DNA of 60,272 nt, the filler included. It is 4 parts of 4 records of this genome, joined end to end, with 100 filler letters (N's around TTAATTAATTAA, not from the genome) between each part and the next. Parts side by side here need not be neighbours in the genome. Positions count along the whole stretch, not along the records: positions 1 to 17,617 come from DRR723986_10591; 3 more parts are not named here. One strand, written 5' to 3'. The notes under the pieces are model-generated. The model was given only the letters and a program-made list of their open reading frames with translations. It was not told where the DNA came from and did not search any database. The position numbers were made by a program, and so were the translations under genes. The first letter of the stretch is position 1, and each line of letters begins with the position of its first letter. Below, piece by piece: positions 1-9,720 of this stretch.

Positions 1-332
1 CCCTAAGGGCTCGACCCTGTTGTAAAAATTAAATTCTCAAAAATTTTGGGCCTTTACTGCGAAATATCGACCCGCTTATCACGCATTACTGACCAGTAGT
101 TTGTTTTACCTTGGATGTTTGCGTCGCTTGACATCCCTGTGAAAAAGGCTGTTTAAGCCAGAAAATATTAAATCAAAGCATAATAAATCATGCGACTATC
201 TTAATTATCTGGGTTGGTGTTTTTGGCTGGCCGAGCGATTGTTTGGCAAATGGACACGGTCTTGACCCTTGAACTTGCTGTCTAGCACGTTAGTTCTTTT
301 TTGAGCTGCTCAAAAGACTTCTTGCTTTTTCG

Positions 333-1367
333 TTATTCAAACAGTCCCGGTGTTTTGGGATTGGGTTTATATCCAAAGTGTCTGTACGCCAAGGGAGTTG
401 CCTCACGTCCACGAGGTGTGCGGTTCAGAAAACCCTGCTGGATAAGGAAGGGCTCGTAGACTTCCTCAAGTGTGCCGGACTCCTCGCCAACTGCCACGGC
501 CAGTGTGTTAAGTCCCACGGGGCCGCCCGAAAACTTTTCGATGATTGAAATCAGAATGCGTTTGTCCATCTCATCAAAGCCGAACTCATCTACTTCGAGC
601 GCCGTCAGCGCCATGTTGGCGATTTTCTTGTCAATTGTTCCGTCGCCTTTAACTTCGGCAAAGTCGCGCGTGCGCCGCAGCAGGCGATTCGCAATCCGCG
701 GCGTGCCGCGCGAACGCCGTGCAATTTCAAACGAGCCCTCCGGCAGAATTTCGGTTCCCAGAATCCCGGCTGAGCGTTCGATGACTTTTTTGAGCTGCTC
801 GGCGTGATAATAGTCCAGGCGGCTGATCACCCCAAAACGCGAGCGCAGCGGAGCTGTTAACAATCCGGCGCGCGTGGTTGCGCCAACAAGCGTAAAACGC
901 GGAAGCGAGAGTTTAATCGATCGCGCCGACGGACCTGAGTCGATCATGATGTCGAGCTCAAAGTCTTCCATCGCCGAATACAGATATTCTTCAACAACGG
1001 GAGAAAGGCGGTGAATCTCGTCGATAAACAGAATATCGCGCTCTTCAAGATTTGTGAGCAGGCCGGCCAGGTCTCCCGGCTTTTCCAGCACTGGTCCCGA
1101 AGTGACCTTGATGTCGGATTTCATTTCATTGGAAATGATATAACTCAAAGTTGTTTTGCCAAGGCCCGGCGGGCCTGTCAGCAGAACGTGATCGAGCGCT
1201 TCTTCGCGTTGCTGCGCTGCGGCGATAAACACTTTTAGGTTTTCGACGATTTTATCCTGGCCAACAAATTCACCAAAACCGCCAGGACGCAGACTCTTTT
1301 CTGGGTCTTCTTCCTGGCGCATATTGTTGGGGTTTGTCATCATCGATGATCGTTGCTGATCGGACAT
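333..1367 (-). CDS. ruvB: Holliday junction branch migration helicase RuvB
   Basis: SLRP..F.EFVGQ N-terminus, Walker [10 protein letters not shown], Walker [57 protein letters not shown]. True start may be one of the Met codons a few residues downstream. Confidence 0.98.
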   Translation of the reverse strand: MSDQQRSSMMTNPNNMRQEEDPEKSLRPGGFGEFVGQDKIVENLKVFIAAAQQREEALDHVLLTGPPGLGKTTLSYIISNEMKSDIKVTSGPVLEKPGDLAGLLTNLEERDILFIDEIHRLSPVVEEYLYSAMEDFELDIMIDSGPSARSIKLSLPRFTLVGATTRAGLLTAPLRSRFGVISRLDYYHAEQLKKVIERSAGILGTEILPEGSFEIARRSRGTPRIANRLLRRTRDFAEVKGDGTIDKKIANMALTALEVDEFGFDEMDKRILISIIEKFSGGPVGLNTLAVAVGEESGTLEEVYEPFLIQQGFLNRTPRGREATPLAYRHFGYKPNPKTPGLFE

Positions 1368-1960
1368 ACTGATTTCCGCTCTTCTGTTGCTCCCGCTGCA
1401 TTTCCGCTAAGATACGAAAGTACGCGCAGTTCACTGACTGCAGGACGGATTAAGCGACTGACTGATTTTTGACTCGATTGTGGACTGCGTGGATTTTGGC
1501 TTGGGACTCAGTGAATAACAAAAGAAAAAAGGGCGTCACGAAGTAAGCCCGGCTTGGCCTCAGCCCTCCGCCAAAAATCGAAATCTCAACTGCAAGACAA
1601 CTTCCCTTGGCTGTGTAAAAACGTCGGAGCCAGCTGTTAATCAACTCAAAAATCAGGACCATTTACACGAATTCCCGGCCGTTTAAGCGCGAATCCCGTC
1701 CGTTTACCAAATTCGATGTGAAATAGTTTGACCGGCAGTTGCATGTTGCATAAGTGCAAACAAGGCGACCGATTCGGATTCACAGCAATACGCAGGTCGC
1801 AAACAAATAGATGATCAAAAAACATGTTGGACCAAGCGGAGAGAAGCCTTTGTACATGCAGCCCAAATCAGCAATTGGATGACCAGTGCGGCAGGCAGTC
1901 AAAAAGGTGTCGCTTACACGCTGTATAAAGTTTGATTTGCGTCGGATTTGTAGTGTTGGC

Positions 1961-2959
1961 CTATCCATCAAGATCGCGATTGCTACGCAGCACATGGATG
2001 GGGCAGTGGCGTTTGCCTTCGTGTTCACACTCGTGATTACAGGGTTCCACATACATGCGCACAATTGCATTGGGGTATTTGCCGGTCAGCTCGCGCTGAA
2101 TATGTGCTTCAATCTCAAAGGCCTGCTCCAGTGTGTGATCAAAGGGCAGGATTACGTCCAGCTCCATAAACAGGTCACGCCCGGAGCGCCGCGTGTGGAT
2201 GTTCTTGAACTCGCAGATGTGCGCAATATTTTCGCCAATAACGGTGATAATGTCCAGCTGTACTTCTTCCGGCAGCGTTTTGTCCAGCAGCTGTGAAAGC
2301 GCGTGGCGTGCATGCGTAATTGGAACACGCAGGGAGTAGACCAGGATCGCGATTGCCGTCATGGAGTCAATGAACTGCGCCGGCCCGTTCAGATCAAAGA
2401 CGTGCAGCAGGAAGCCGAGAATCAGGTTGGCCAGCACGCCGGCTTCAGCCAGTGAGTCGACACGCCAAAGGTCCGCGTCGTACTGCAGAATCTCCATGCC
2501 GTAGTGCTCGGCATAACGCGCCTGTAAACGCGACATCAGACGCATGGCAGCAAATGATGCCGCCGAAAACATCAGGAGCAGGGGATAGTTGACGTCGGTA
2601 AAGTCCGTCTGGCCAATGCCCTGGACTGCCTGTATCAAAGTAAAAACGAGTACAATCATCAGGAGGATTGTACTGAAAAGTATGCCCAGGCTCTCGTACT
2701 TGCCGTACCCGTAGTTGTGGATGACGTCCGCCGAGCGCATGCCCTGCTTTACCGCGGTAAGGAAGAGCAGGGAGATCAGAATGTCAACAGCTGAGATATA
2801 ACCACTGGTCTGCACCGCCAACGACTCTTCGATACGGCCAAGCGCGATGCCGCCGGCCGCCATCAGAATCGTGACAAGCAGGCCCATACGTGACGCGTAA
2901 AGCTCCGAGTCACGATTGAACCAGGTGCGTATCCATCGAGATACGGAAGTAAACCCCAT
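1961..2959 (-). CDS. Cation diffusion facilitator (CDF/FieF-like) transporter
   Basis: About six hydrophobic segments, H.YGYGKYESL motif and C-terminal dimerisation domain (IHTRRSG..LFMELDV..P...TLEQAFEI..VEP). Start placed at ATG 2959 because the upstream part of the 443-aa ORF overlaps the next gene. Confidence 0.9.
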   Translation of the reverse strand: MGFTSVSRWIRTWFNRDSELYASRMGLLVTILMAAGGIALGRIEESLAVQTSGYISAVDILISLLFLTAVKQGMRSADVIHNYGYGKYESLGILFSTILLMIVLVFTLIQAVQGIGQTDFTDVNYPLLLMFSAASFAAMRLMSRLQARYAEHYGMEILQYDADLWRVDSLAEAGVLANLILGFLLHVFDLNGPAQFIDSMTAIAILVYSLRVPITHARHALSQLLDKTLPEEVQLDIITVIGENIAHICEFKNIHTRRSGRDLFMELDVILPFDHTLEQAFEIEAHIQRELTGKYPNAIVRMYVEPCNHECEHEGKRHCPIHVLRSNRDLDG

Positions 2960-3017
2960 GTAAACTCGAGCGAAAAGGACCAGCTGGGCAGGACAGTTTG
3001 CGCCAAGCCGGACATGT

Positions 3018-3953
3018 TTACAGCAGTTGTGAGCGGAAGTAGTCGAGCGTACGCTGCAGCCCTTCCAGGCGATCGATTTTTGGCTTCCAATCCAGAAGTT
3101 TGGCAGCCTTGCTGATATCGGGCTGGCGGATTTTGGGGTCGTCCAGCGGTAGCTCTTTAAACACGATCTTACTCGAAGAGCCGGAAAGCTTGATGACCTC
3201 ATGTGCCAGCTGCAGCATTGAGAGTTCGTCCGGATTGCCGATGTTGACGGGATCACTCTCGTCAGACATAAGCAAGCGGTAGATGCCGTCAATCAGGTCT
3301 TCCACATAACAGATTGAGCGTGTCTGCTCACCTGTGCCGAAGACCGGAACATCTTCCCCACGTACGGCATTCGACATGAACGCAGGAATTGCACGTCCAT
3401 CGTTGATCCGCATTCGCGGACCATATGTATTGAATATACGCGCAATTCGGCATTCCAGCGAATGATAGCGATGATACGCCATCGTGATAGCCTCAGCAAA
3501 ACGCTTGGCTTCATCGTAGACACCGCGAACCCCAATTGGGTTAACGTTGCCCCAATAATCTTCTGGTTGAGGGTGAATCAATGGGTCGCCATATACCTCG
3601 CTCGTGCTTGCGAGCAGGAAACGGGCATTCTTGGCCAGCGCCAAACCCAAAGCTATATGTGTGCCCAGTGATCCGACCTTAAGCGTCTGAATCGGCAGCT
3701 TCAAATAGTCTATTGGTGAGGCCGGAGAGGCGAAGTGTAGAATATAATCCAGTTCTCCAGCAACATGGACATAATTCGTTACGTCGTGCCGCACAAATTC
3801 AAAACGTTCATGGCCAAATAAATGTGAGATATTGTCTGGAGAGCCCGTGATCAGGTTATCCATGCAAATGACGGAATGCCCTTCGGCAATAAACTTGTCA
3901 CACAAATGTGAACCAAGGAAGCCAGCGCCTCCCATTATTAGTACACGACCCAT
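3018..3953 (-). CDS. UDP-glucuronate decarboxylase (UDP-xylose synthase) family NAD-dependent epimerase/dehydratase
   Basis: [10 protein letters not shown] Rossmann motif, [18 protein letters not shown], catalytic [16 protein letters not shown]. Start placed at ATG 3953 (MGRVLI). Confidence 0.93.
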   Translation of the reverse strand: MGRVLIMGGAGFLGSHLCDKFIAEGHSVICMDNLITGSPDNISHLFGHERFEFVRHDVTNYVHVAGELDYILHFASPASPIDYLKLPIQTLKVGSLGTHIALGLALAKNARFLLASTSEVYGDPLIHPQPEDYWGNVNPIGVRGVYDEAKRFAEAITMAYHRYHSLECRIARIFNTYGPRMRINDGRAIPAFMSNAVRGEDVPVFGTGEQTRSICYVEDLIDGIYRLLMSDESDPVNIGNPDELSMLQLAHEVIKLSGSSSKIVFKELPLDDPKIRQPDISKAAKLLDWKPKIDRLEGLQRTLDYFRSQLL

Positions 3954-4062
3954 ACACGTGGATTCCATTTGATTGGTTTGTTGCCAACGATGAACGTTTG
4001 TCCGGCGCAAAATTAGCATTTTGGCGGTTAATACGGAAAGTGTCTTGCTCTGGTGAGGAATT

Positions 4063-4995
4063 GTGATTCATAAAGAAATGGCAGACAAGCCTTTCGGGAA
4101 AGAGGCGAAGCGTGGTTTTTGGGCCATGTGGGGGGGCGTGTTCGCGGTATTGCGGCACCTGAGTCTGGATGTTGTCCTCGGCAGTGTTTGCATGGGTTGG
4201 CTGGCTGTATTTGTTACGTCAGCCCAGCTGCCGATCGTTTGGTGGTTTTTTCTGCCGGTTGGCGTTTGGCTCGTGTATTCGCTGGATCATTTGGTTGATG
4301 CGGCGCGAATTGGCCCCGACGCACAAACTATGCGCCACCGCTTCCACGCCCACTACTTTACGCAGATTCGCCTGGCTGCAACTCTGCTGGCAGTCCTTAC
4401 GGCGATTGCGGCTTTCCTGATGCTCTCGCCAACTTTGCTCGTGTTCGGTGCTTGGATGGTTACCGCCAGTATGCTGCACGTTTGGCTGGCGCGCAAAATC
4501 GGTGGACGCGTGCGTCCCTGGCTTACCAAGGAGTTGGCAGTTGCGTTTGTGTATACGCTCGGGATCTGGGGTGGTCCATTGCTCTATAGTCGCTCAATTG
4601 ATACGACTGTCTGGCATACCCTGTTCTCATCCTTTTGTCTGGCGGCCGCGAACCTGGTATTTTTTGCACGAATGGAAATCGAGAACGATCAGCGCGACGG
4701 CCACAGCTCGCTGGCCCGTGTCCTTGGCGTGCGCGGCAGTGATTTTCTGGCGCTCACCTTTTGTCTGCTGCCACTACTGTCGTTTTTACTTAGCGGCATC
4801 TCATTGCTTTCCGGCGATATTCGCATTTGGGGGAGCTTTGTCATACTAATGTTGATGGCTACCGCATCATTGGCGTTAATTCTTGGGGCACAGAAAAGCC
4901 TTGTTAAACGCAATTACCGCACCTGGGGTGATGCGATATTTTTCTTCCCGGTTTTGCTGTATGTCCTCTGGTTTATAGCGTGGCAGTTCCCATGA
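4063..4995 (+). CDS. Polytopic membrane protein, UbiA prenyltransferase-like
   Basis: 8-9 hydrophobic segments with two Asp-rich loops (YSLDHLVDA and [14 protein letters not shown]) placed as in the UbiA superfamily. Start could be ATG 4078 or later. Confidence 0.6.
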   Translation: MIHKEMADKPFGKEAKRGFWAMWGGVFAVLRHLSLDVVLGSVCMGWLAVFVTSAQLPIVWWFFLPVGVWLVYSLDHLVDAARIGPDAQTMRHRFHAHYFTQIRLAATLLAVLTAIAAFLMLSPTLLVFGAWMVTASMLHVWLARKIGGRVRPWLTKELAVAFVYTLGIWGGPLLYSRSIDTTVWHTLFSSFCLAAANLVFFARMEIENDQRDGHSSLARVLGVRGSDFLALTFCLLPLLSFLLSGISLLSGDIRIWGSFVILMLMATASLALILGAQKSLVKRNYRTWGDAIFFFPVLLYVLWFIAWQFP

Positions 4996-5684
4996 CGCGG
5001 CAGGATCTGATTAGTAAGCGTTTTTCGCGTCTTGCTGCTTTTTATGATCTGGCGGCGGCAGTTGGTAGTTTTGGCGCAATTCGGCGCGCGCAGTTAACAT
5101 TTTTGCCGCAGATTACAGAGTCTGCAAACAAGAACCTCAAAGCCGCGACTAAATCCCAGCATATTTTGATTATCGGTGGCGGTACAGGGCAGTTACTGGA
5201 GGCTTTCAGCGCAGCACCTGCCACGCTCAAGATATCTTTTCTTGAGCCTGCCGCCGGAATGTTAAGTCGCGCCCGGCGTCGCGCGCAAAAACTGAATCTG
5301 AACGTGGAGTTTATAGCGACGCCGCTCGAAAGTACCCAGCTACCCGGAAATGTGGATGTGATTTGCACACCGTTTGTGCTGGATCTGTTCACAACTGCCC
5401 AGGCGCGCGAACAAATGCGGCGTTTGAGTGCTTGTTTGCCGGCGGGTGGAATCTGGGTCGAAGCCGACTTTCGCACAGTTGACCAAGGTGTTCTGCACTG
5501 GCCTGTGCGTTTATATTTATCGGGGCTTTATTGGTTTTTTGGCTTGGCTTGTGGTATTGAGGCTCGTGAATTACCGCGCACGGCGGAGATATTTGGCTCA
5601 ATGGATTATCATCTGCAGGCGTGTCGTACGTTTCTGGGTGGAGTGATTGAAACGCGTGTCTATCGCAAGGGGCGTAAATGTTAA
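4992..5684 (+). CDS. Class I SAM-dependent methyltransferase
   Basis: Motif I ILIIGGGTG, post-I LEPAAGML, DVICTPFVLD, GGIW..ADF. ATG overlaps the upstream TGA (ATGA at 4992-4995). Confidence 0.88.
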   Translation: MTRQDLISKRFSRLAAFYDLAAAVGSFGAIRRAQLTFLPQITESANKNLKAATKSQHILIIGGGTGQLLEAFSAAPATLKISFLEPAAGMLSRARRRAQKLNLNVEFIATPLESTQLPGNVDVICTPFVLDLFTTAQAREQMRRLSACLPAGGIWVEADFRTVDQGVLHWPVRLYLSGLYWFFGLACGIEARELPRTAEIFGSMDYHLQACRTFLGGVIETRVYRKGRKC

Positions 5685-6775
5685 AGTTCTTGAGTCTCAT
5701 GCTCTTACTGCTTGGCTTGTTACTTGTGGCGGGCTGTGATGATGCTGGACTTGACGCTGAATTGCCGGCTGCAGACATTCAGCTCAAGGGCTTTTCGCTT
5801 GCGTCGTTTTACGACGGCGCATATCGCGATGCGGCCCAGACGGGGAGCCTGCAAGACTTAAGTGATCAGACCGGCACTGAGTGGGTCGCGCTCTGTGTTT
5901 TTGAGTTTCAGGAAAATGTGCAGTCAAGTCTTATCGGCCCAGACTTCAGTGGCGTAAATCCACTGAGCGGCCGGCCCTTTTTGTCCACCAGTTCTCCAAC
6001 GGATATCCGCCGCGGCATTCAGGCCGCGCGCGACTTAAACATGCGGATAATGCTCAAACCACATGTTGATCTCTACGACGGCAGCTGGCGCGGCCACATC
6101 CAGCCACGGGATATCGCTGCCTGGTTCGCAAGTTACACGCAGATGTTAACAAAGTACGCCGCAATCGCCGAAGCCGAACAGGTTGAAATGTTCTGTATCG
6201 GAGTTGAAATGGTCGGCGTGACTGCTGCAGAAAATAGTTCGGCCTGGCGCGCATTAATCGCAAATATCCGCGAAGTGTATTCCGGTCAGTTAACATATTC
6301 GGCAAATTGGACACGTGCAGGTGACGGCACCCTGCCCGAGTATCGGCGCATTGAGTTCTGGCCAGAGCTCGACTATGTGGGCGTCAGTCTCTACGCACCC
6401 TTGCAGGACGCCGTCGAAGAAGGCTTGCCCGACTTAAATATGGCCAAGCTGCGCTTATTGCCGATCGCCGCCGACCTGGAAATTCTGTCGCGCGAGATTG
6501 GCCGTCCATTTTTGTTAACTGAAGTTGGTATGCGTTCAACGCGAGGTGCTCTGGTGAGTCCCTGGAGTCTGTCGGCCCCCTCGCCCGACCTGGTTGTCGA
6601 CGAAGCCGCGCAGGCCATGTATTACCGTGCTGTTCTGGAGTCTTTTGCTTCTCGCCCACGTTGTCACGGTTTCTTCTGGTGGAACTGGCCGACGGACGTG
6701 GCGGGTGCGCCGGGCACGGATTATGGGGTGCAGGGGAAAGCGGCGGCACGTGTTTTGGCTGAGTGGTATCGCTGA
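5678..6775 (+). CDS. Glycoside hydrolase family 113-like lipoprotein (TIM barrel)
   Basis: Lipobox LVAG-C; MLKPHVD, WRGHI, WFASY, IGVE (putative acid/base), TYSANW, IEFW..LDYVGVSLY.PL, LTEVG (putative nucleophile), GFFWWNW. Confidence 0.82.
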   Translation: MLKFLSLMLLLLGLLLVAGCDDAGLDAELPAADIQLKGFSLASFYDGAYRDAAQTGSLQDLSDQTGTEWVALCVFEFQENVQSSLIGPDFSGVNPLSGRPFLSTSSPTDIRRGIQAARDLNMRIMLKPHVDLYDGSWRGHIQPRDIAAWFASYTQMLTKYAAIAEAEQVEMFCIGVEMVGVTAAENSSAWRALIANIREVYSGQLTYSANWTRAGDGTLPEYRRIEFWPELDYVGVSLYAPLQDAVEEGLPDLNMAKLRLLPIAADLEILSREIGRPFLLTEVGMRSTRGALVSPWSLSAPSPDLVVDEAAQAMYYRAVLESFASRPRCHGFFWWNWPTDVAGAPGTDYGVQGKAAARVLAEWYR

Positions 6776-7148
6776 TTTTTGGGCGCGCCGCAGTTGCAAC
6801 GCTCCGTTCTCGTCTCCGTACATCGCCCCATCCCACCAACCCGAAATACCTACAGTCATGCACTTCTGGGCGGATCCAGAGTTGTTATGCACGGAAAATT
6901 ACAGCCATTTTTGTTTATCGCTATGCATAGCTTCTTTTACTTCTGATCCTACGCCTATATTTTATTGTCGTTTTCTGCTGGTTGGAATAAAATGTATATT
7001 GAGTGCTTCGGTCTCCTCTAAGAAAAGGAAACTGATCGAAGAAGAACGGCCTTGGTGCGCCGGTATGTTGTGCTGCAAACGCAAGGCTGCACACCAGAGT
7101 TGATTCGTTCAGCTTGTGCACAAGAATTCTGCCTTATTGGAGTGATAA

Positions 7149-9506
7149 ATGTCCAAGTCGAAATGTATGATCTTGTGTTTGATGAATTTGTGTTTCCTAT
7201 TCGCCGGCACAGAAGTTAAAGCGCAAGAGCCTGGATTTCTGTATGGTTTTGAACGCGAAACAGTTGTAGATCCTGAAACAAATGACTCCAGGGTTGTTGT
7301 CTCCTTCGGCCGCTTTAATCCTTTGACCGGCGAAGCCGAAACCCTGGCAGAAGATGTGACCTACCCTTTCTCGACCAATAAAGCTGTCATAGACCGCCGC
7401 CGAGGACACTACTGTTACGTAACGTCCCAACGCAAGTTAGTACGAATAGATTTAACGAATGGACAGCTGGTTTCAATTACTGATGTACAACTTCAGTTTG
7501 CTGATAAGTTGCAAAACCGCAATTATTTTAACCTACGCTACTCTTACAAGGCCGATGAGTTTTATACTATGTATAGTTACCTTGATCATCCGCAAGCTGA
7601 TTGGCCCAAGGTGAATTTTGTAAAGATTGATGCAAGCGATTTTAGCATCTCGGAAAGCTTGTGGCTCAATTTGGGAGATTATAGTTTTCATGATGCTAGC
7701 TTGTTTTTCGAGTGCGGTTGGACGGTGGACGAAGACAATGGATGGTTGCTGGTTGCCGGTCTGGTTAGTAGTTTGCTTAAAAGAGATATTGCAACATTGC
7801 AACCAATTGGTAGTGTCAATATTCAGGGCGGTGATTTTCGCGATATTCACTATAACGTCCATGATCAAAAGCTCTATTTGTTTTACCTTGGCCTGAACAG
7901 CATTGATCTTGTTGCCAACCGCGCTGAGACTGTGGAAGTCAAATGGGACCCGAGTCTGGGACGAGCCAAGCCCTGCGGTCCTGGGTTGGACGAGATAGGC
8001 CGCAAATTCTATCGAGTATTTGAAAATGGAGAGCTTGCGCTTATTGATTTTGGTGGCAACATAGTGTCAATCATCGCCGAGAGCGAATTCCGATTCAGTT
8101 TTAACGCGACGGCCTACAACCCAATGTTAACAACCCGGCAGCTTTCCGGCCGCGTAGTTGCTGACTCGAATAATGACTGCATAGCTGGACCTGAAGAACT
8201 TCCACTACTTAACAGAACGGTCTTTTTCCGGCCTGGCAATCAACAGGCAAATACCGACGAGAATGGTCGCTTTGTTGTAAACCTCTTGCCTGGGGAGTAC
8301 ACCGTTGAGTTTTCCGATTCAGACCTGTGGGCCTCTGCGTGCAATGACGAGTTGCTGACCATTACTGTCACCGAAAATGCAATTTTAGATGCAGATGGGA
8401 ATCCGATCGATGCAGTTGAGTATGTGTTGCAGGCAGATGAAGAAATTTCCAGATTAAATGTTGATGTCCTCGCCGGTGTTCCACGTCCAGGTTTTGAGCA
8501 GGAGTACATCATAGCATATTCCAACTCCGGGACTGTGCCCTTCTCTGGGTCGGTAGTATTTAAACCAGATAATCTGTTAACAGATTTTAGCGCAACTACG
8601 ACACCTGACTTGTCTGCCCAGGATAGATATGAGTGGTTCGTAGAAGATTTACCGGTCGGGACTCGGGGCCGTCTGGTAATTACGATGCAGTTGACACCGG
8701 ATGAGGCTCTACTCGGCCAGGAATTGTGTGCCGAAGCTTTTGCGCTTGACCAAAATAAAGAAGAGCTGTCCTGGGAAACGCATGCTGAAGCGTGTGCCGT
8801 AATTGTCGGTTCCTACGACCCAAACAGCATCAGTGTGACGCCACGTGGCATTGGTGAGTCTGGCGCAATAACCATTTCCGATTCTGTGTTAACGTACACG
8901 GTTCATTTTCAGAATGAAGGCACTGCTTCGGCTGTTAACGTGCGCGTACGCTGTGTACTTAATGCGAACCTGGATGTTGAACACTTACAGTTTGGTGCTG
9001 CTACGCACCCCTATTCCGTTTCCGCACTTGACGAACGCACAATTGAATTTGAATTTGTGGACATCAATTTACCCCATAAAGAATTGGATGAAGCCGCCAG
9101 CCAGGGGAGTGTTCAGTTCAAAGTTAAGCTAAAACAAGAGCTGCAAAAAGGCGACGAGATACGGCAGATAGCCTTAATATACTTTGATTTTAATTCACCA
9201 ATTTTTACCAATGTTGCGCTTAATACCATTGCTGAACCCACAACGCACGTTTCGTCTGAGCTGCCGGCGCCGAAGGTGAATTTGTTGTATAGGCCCGATT
9301 CCAACGAGCTTCAAATTACATCTGACGGCCTGCTAAATGGTAATGTCAGTATCGTTTCAGTCCGCGGTTTGACAGTTGTGCAAGAAGAGTTTATACATGC
9401 AAGAGGACAATCACTAAACCTTGCCGGATTGAGTAGCGGCATTTATTTTGTGATGTTTGAATCAAACGGTATACAAAAAGTAGAGTCAATTAACATTGTT
9501 CGTTAA
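7149..9506 (+). CDS. Secreted protein with N-terminal propeller-like region, Ig-like modules and T9SS type A-like C-terminal domain
   Basis: Signal peptide; G.V..DSNNDC and TDENGRF (SdrD/CnaB-like); RPGF..Y.I.YSN.GT; GSYDPN...YTVHFQNEGT..A..V...IYFDFNSPIFTN module typical of Bacteroidota T9SS cargo; ends NLAGLSSGIYFV...INIVR. Confidence 0.85.
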   Translation: MSKSKCMILCLMNLCFLFAGTEVKAQEPGFLYGFERETVVDPETNDSRVVVSFGRFNPLTGEAETLAEDVTYPFSTNKAVIDRRRGHYCYVTSQRKLVRIDLTNGQLVSITDVQLQFADKLQNRNYFNLRYSYKADEFYTMYSYLDHPQADWPKVNFVKIDASDFSISESLWLNLGDYSFHDASLFFECGWTVDEDNGWLLVAGLVSSLLKRDIATLQPIGSVNIQGGDFRDIHYNVHDQKLYLFYLGLNSIDLVANRAETVEVKWDPSLGRAKPCGPGLDEIGRKFYRVFENGELALIDFGGNIVSIIAESEFRFSFNATAYNPMLTTRQLSGRVVADSNNDCIAGPEELPLLNRTVFFRPGNQQANTDENGRFVVNLLPGEYTVEFSDSDLWASACNDELLTITVTENAILDADGNPIDAVEYVLQADEEISRLNVDVLAGVPRPGFEQEYIIAYSNSGTVPFSGSVVFKPDNLLTDFSATTTPDLSAQDRYEWFVEDLPVGTRGRLVITMQLTPDEALLGQELCAEAFALDQNKEELSWETHAEACAVIVGSYDPNSISVTPRGIGESGAITISDSVLTYTVHFQNEGTASAVNVRVRCVLNANLDVEHLQFGAATHPYSVSALDERTIEFEFVDINLPHKELDEAASQGSVQFKVKLKQELQKGDEIRQIALIYFDFNSPIFTNVALNTIAEPTTHVSSELPAPKVNLLYRPDSNELQITSDGLLNGNVSIVSVRGLTVVQEEFIHARGQSLNLAGLSSGIYFVMFESNGIQKVESINIVR

Positions 9507-9667
9507 ACAGAATCAGCTGTTTAAGTTGTAGATGCCCTTCTGATTTGACTTTACAACTTCCTTGAGCGCTTCGCCCCTTTATGAAAAGTGGCTTGCTGGT
9601 TCTTTTTGTTTGTCTCTGAGACCAAAATGTTAAACAGTGTAGTCTGTCTCCGATCAGAAATAGACCA

Positions 9668-9692
9668 AGCTGTTAGCCTAAGGCTAACAGCT
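9668..9692. repeat. Perfect inverted repeat (12-bp arms, 1-nt centre) between convergent genes
   Basis: AGCTGTTAGCCT-A-AGGCTAACAGCT read directly. Confidence 0.8.
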
Positions 9693-9720
9693 ATGTGATT
9701 TTGAATTCCAACTGTGAAAT

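Noticed and set aside
1520-1575. Short words shared with 17305-17365 (GTAAGCCCG, CTCCGCCA) as a repeated ncRNA
   Set aside because: Matches are under 10 nt and not colinear; cannot be distinguished from chance.
2960-3292. N-terminal extension of the 443-aa ORF
   Set aside because: Overlaps the UDP-glucuronate decarboxylase gene in another frame and has no CDF character; start placed at 2959.
3930-3945. MGGAGF instead of the usual TGGAGF in the Rossmann motif
   Set aside because: Single substitution with all glycines intact; could be neutral or a sequencing error.
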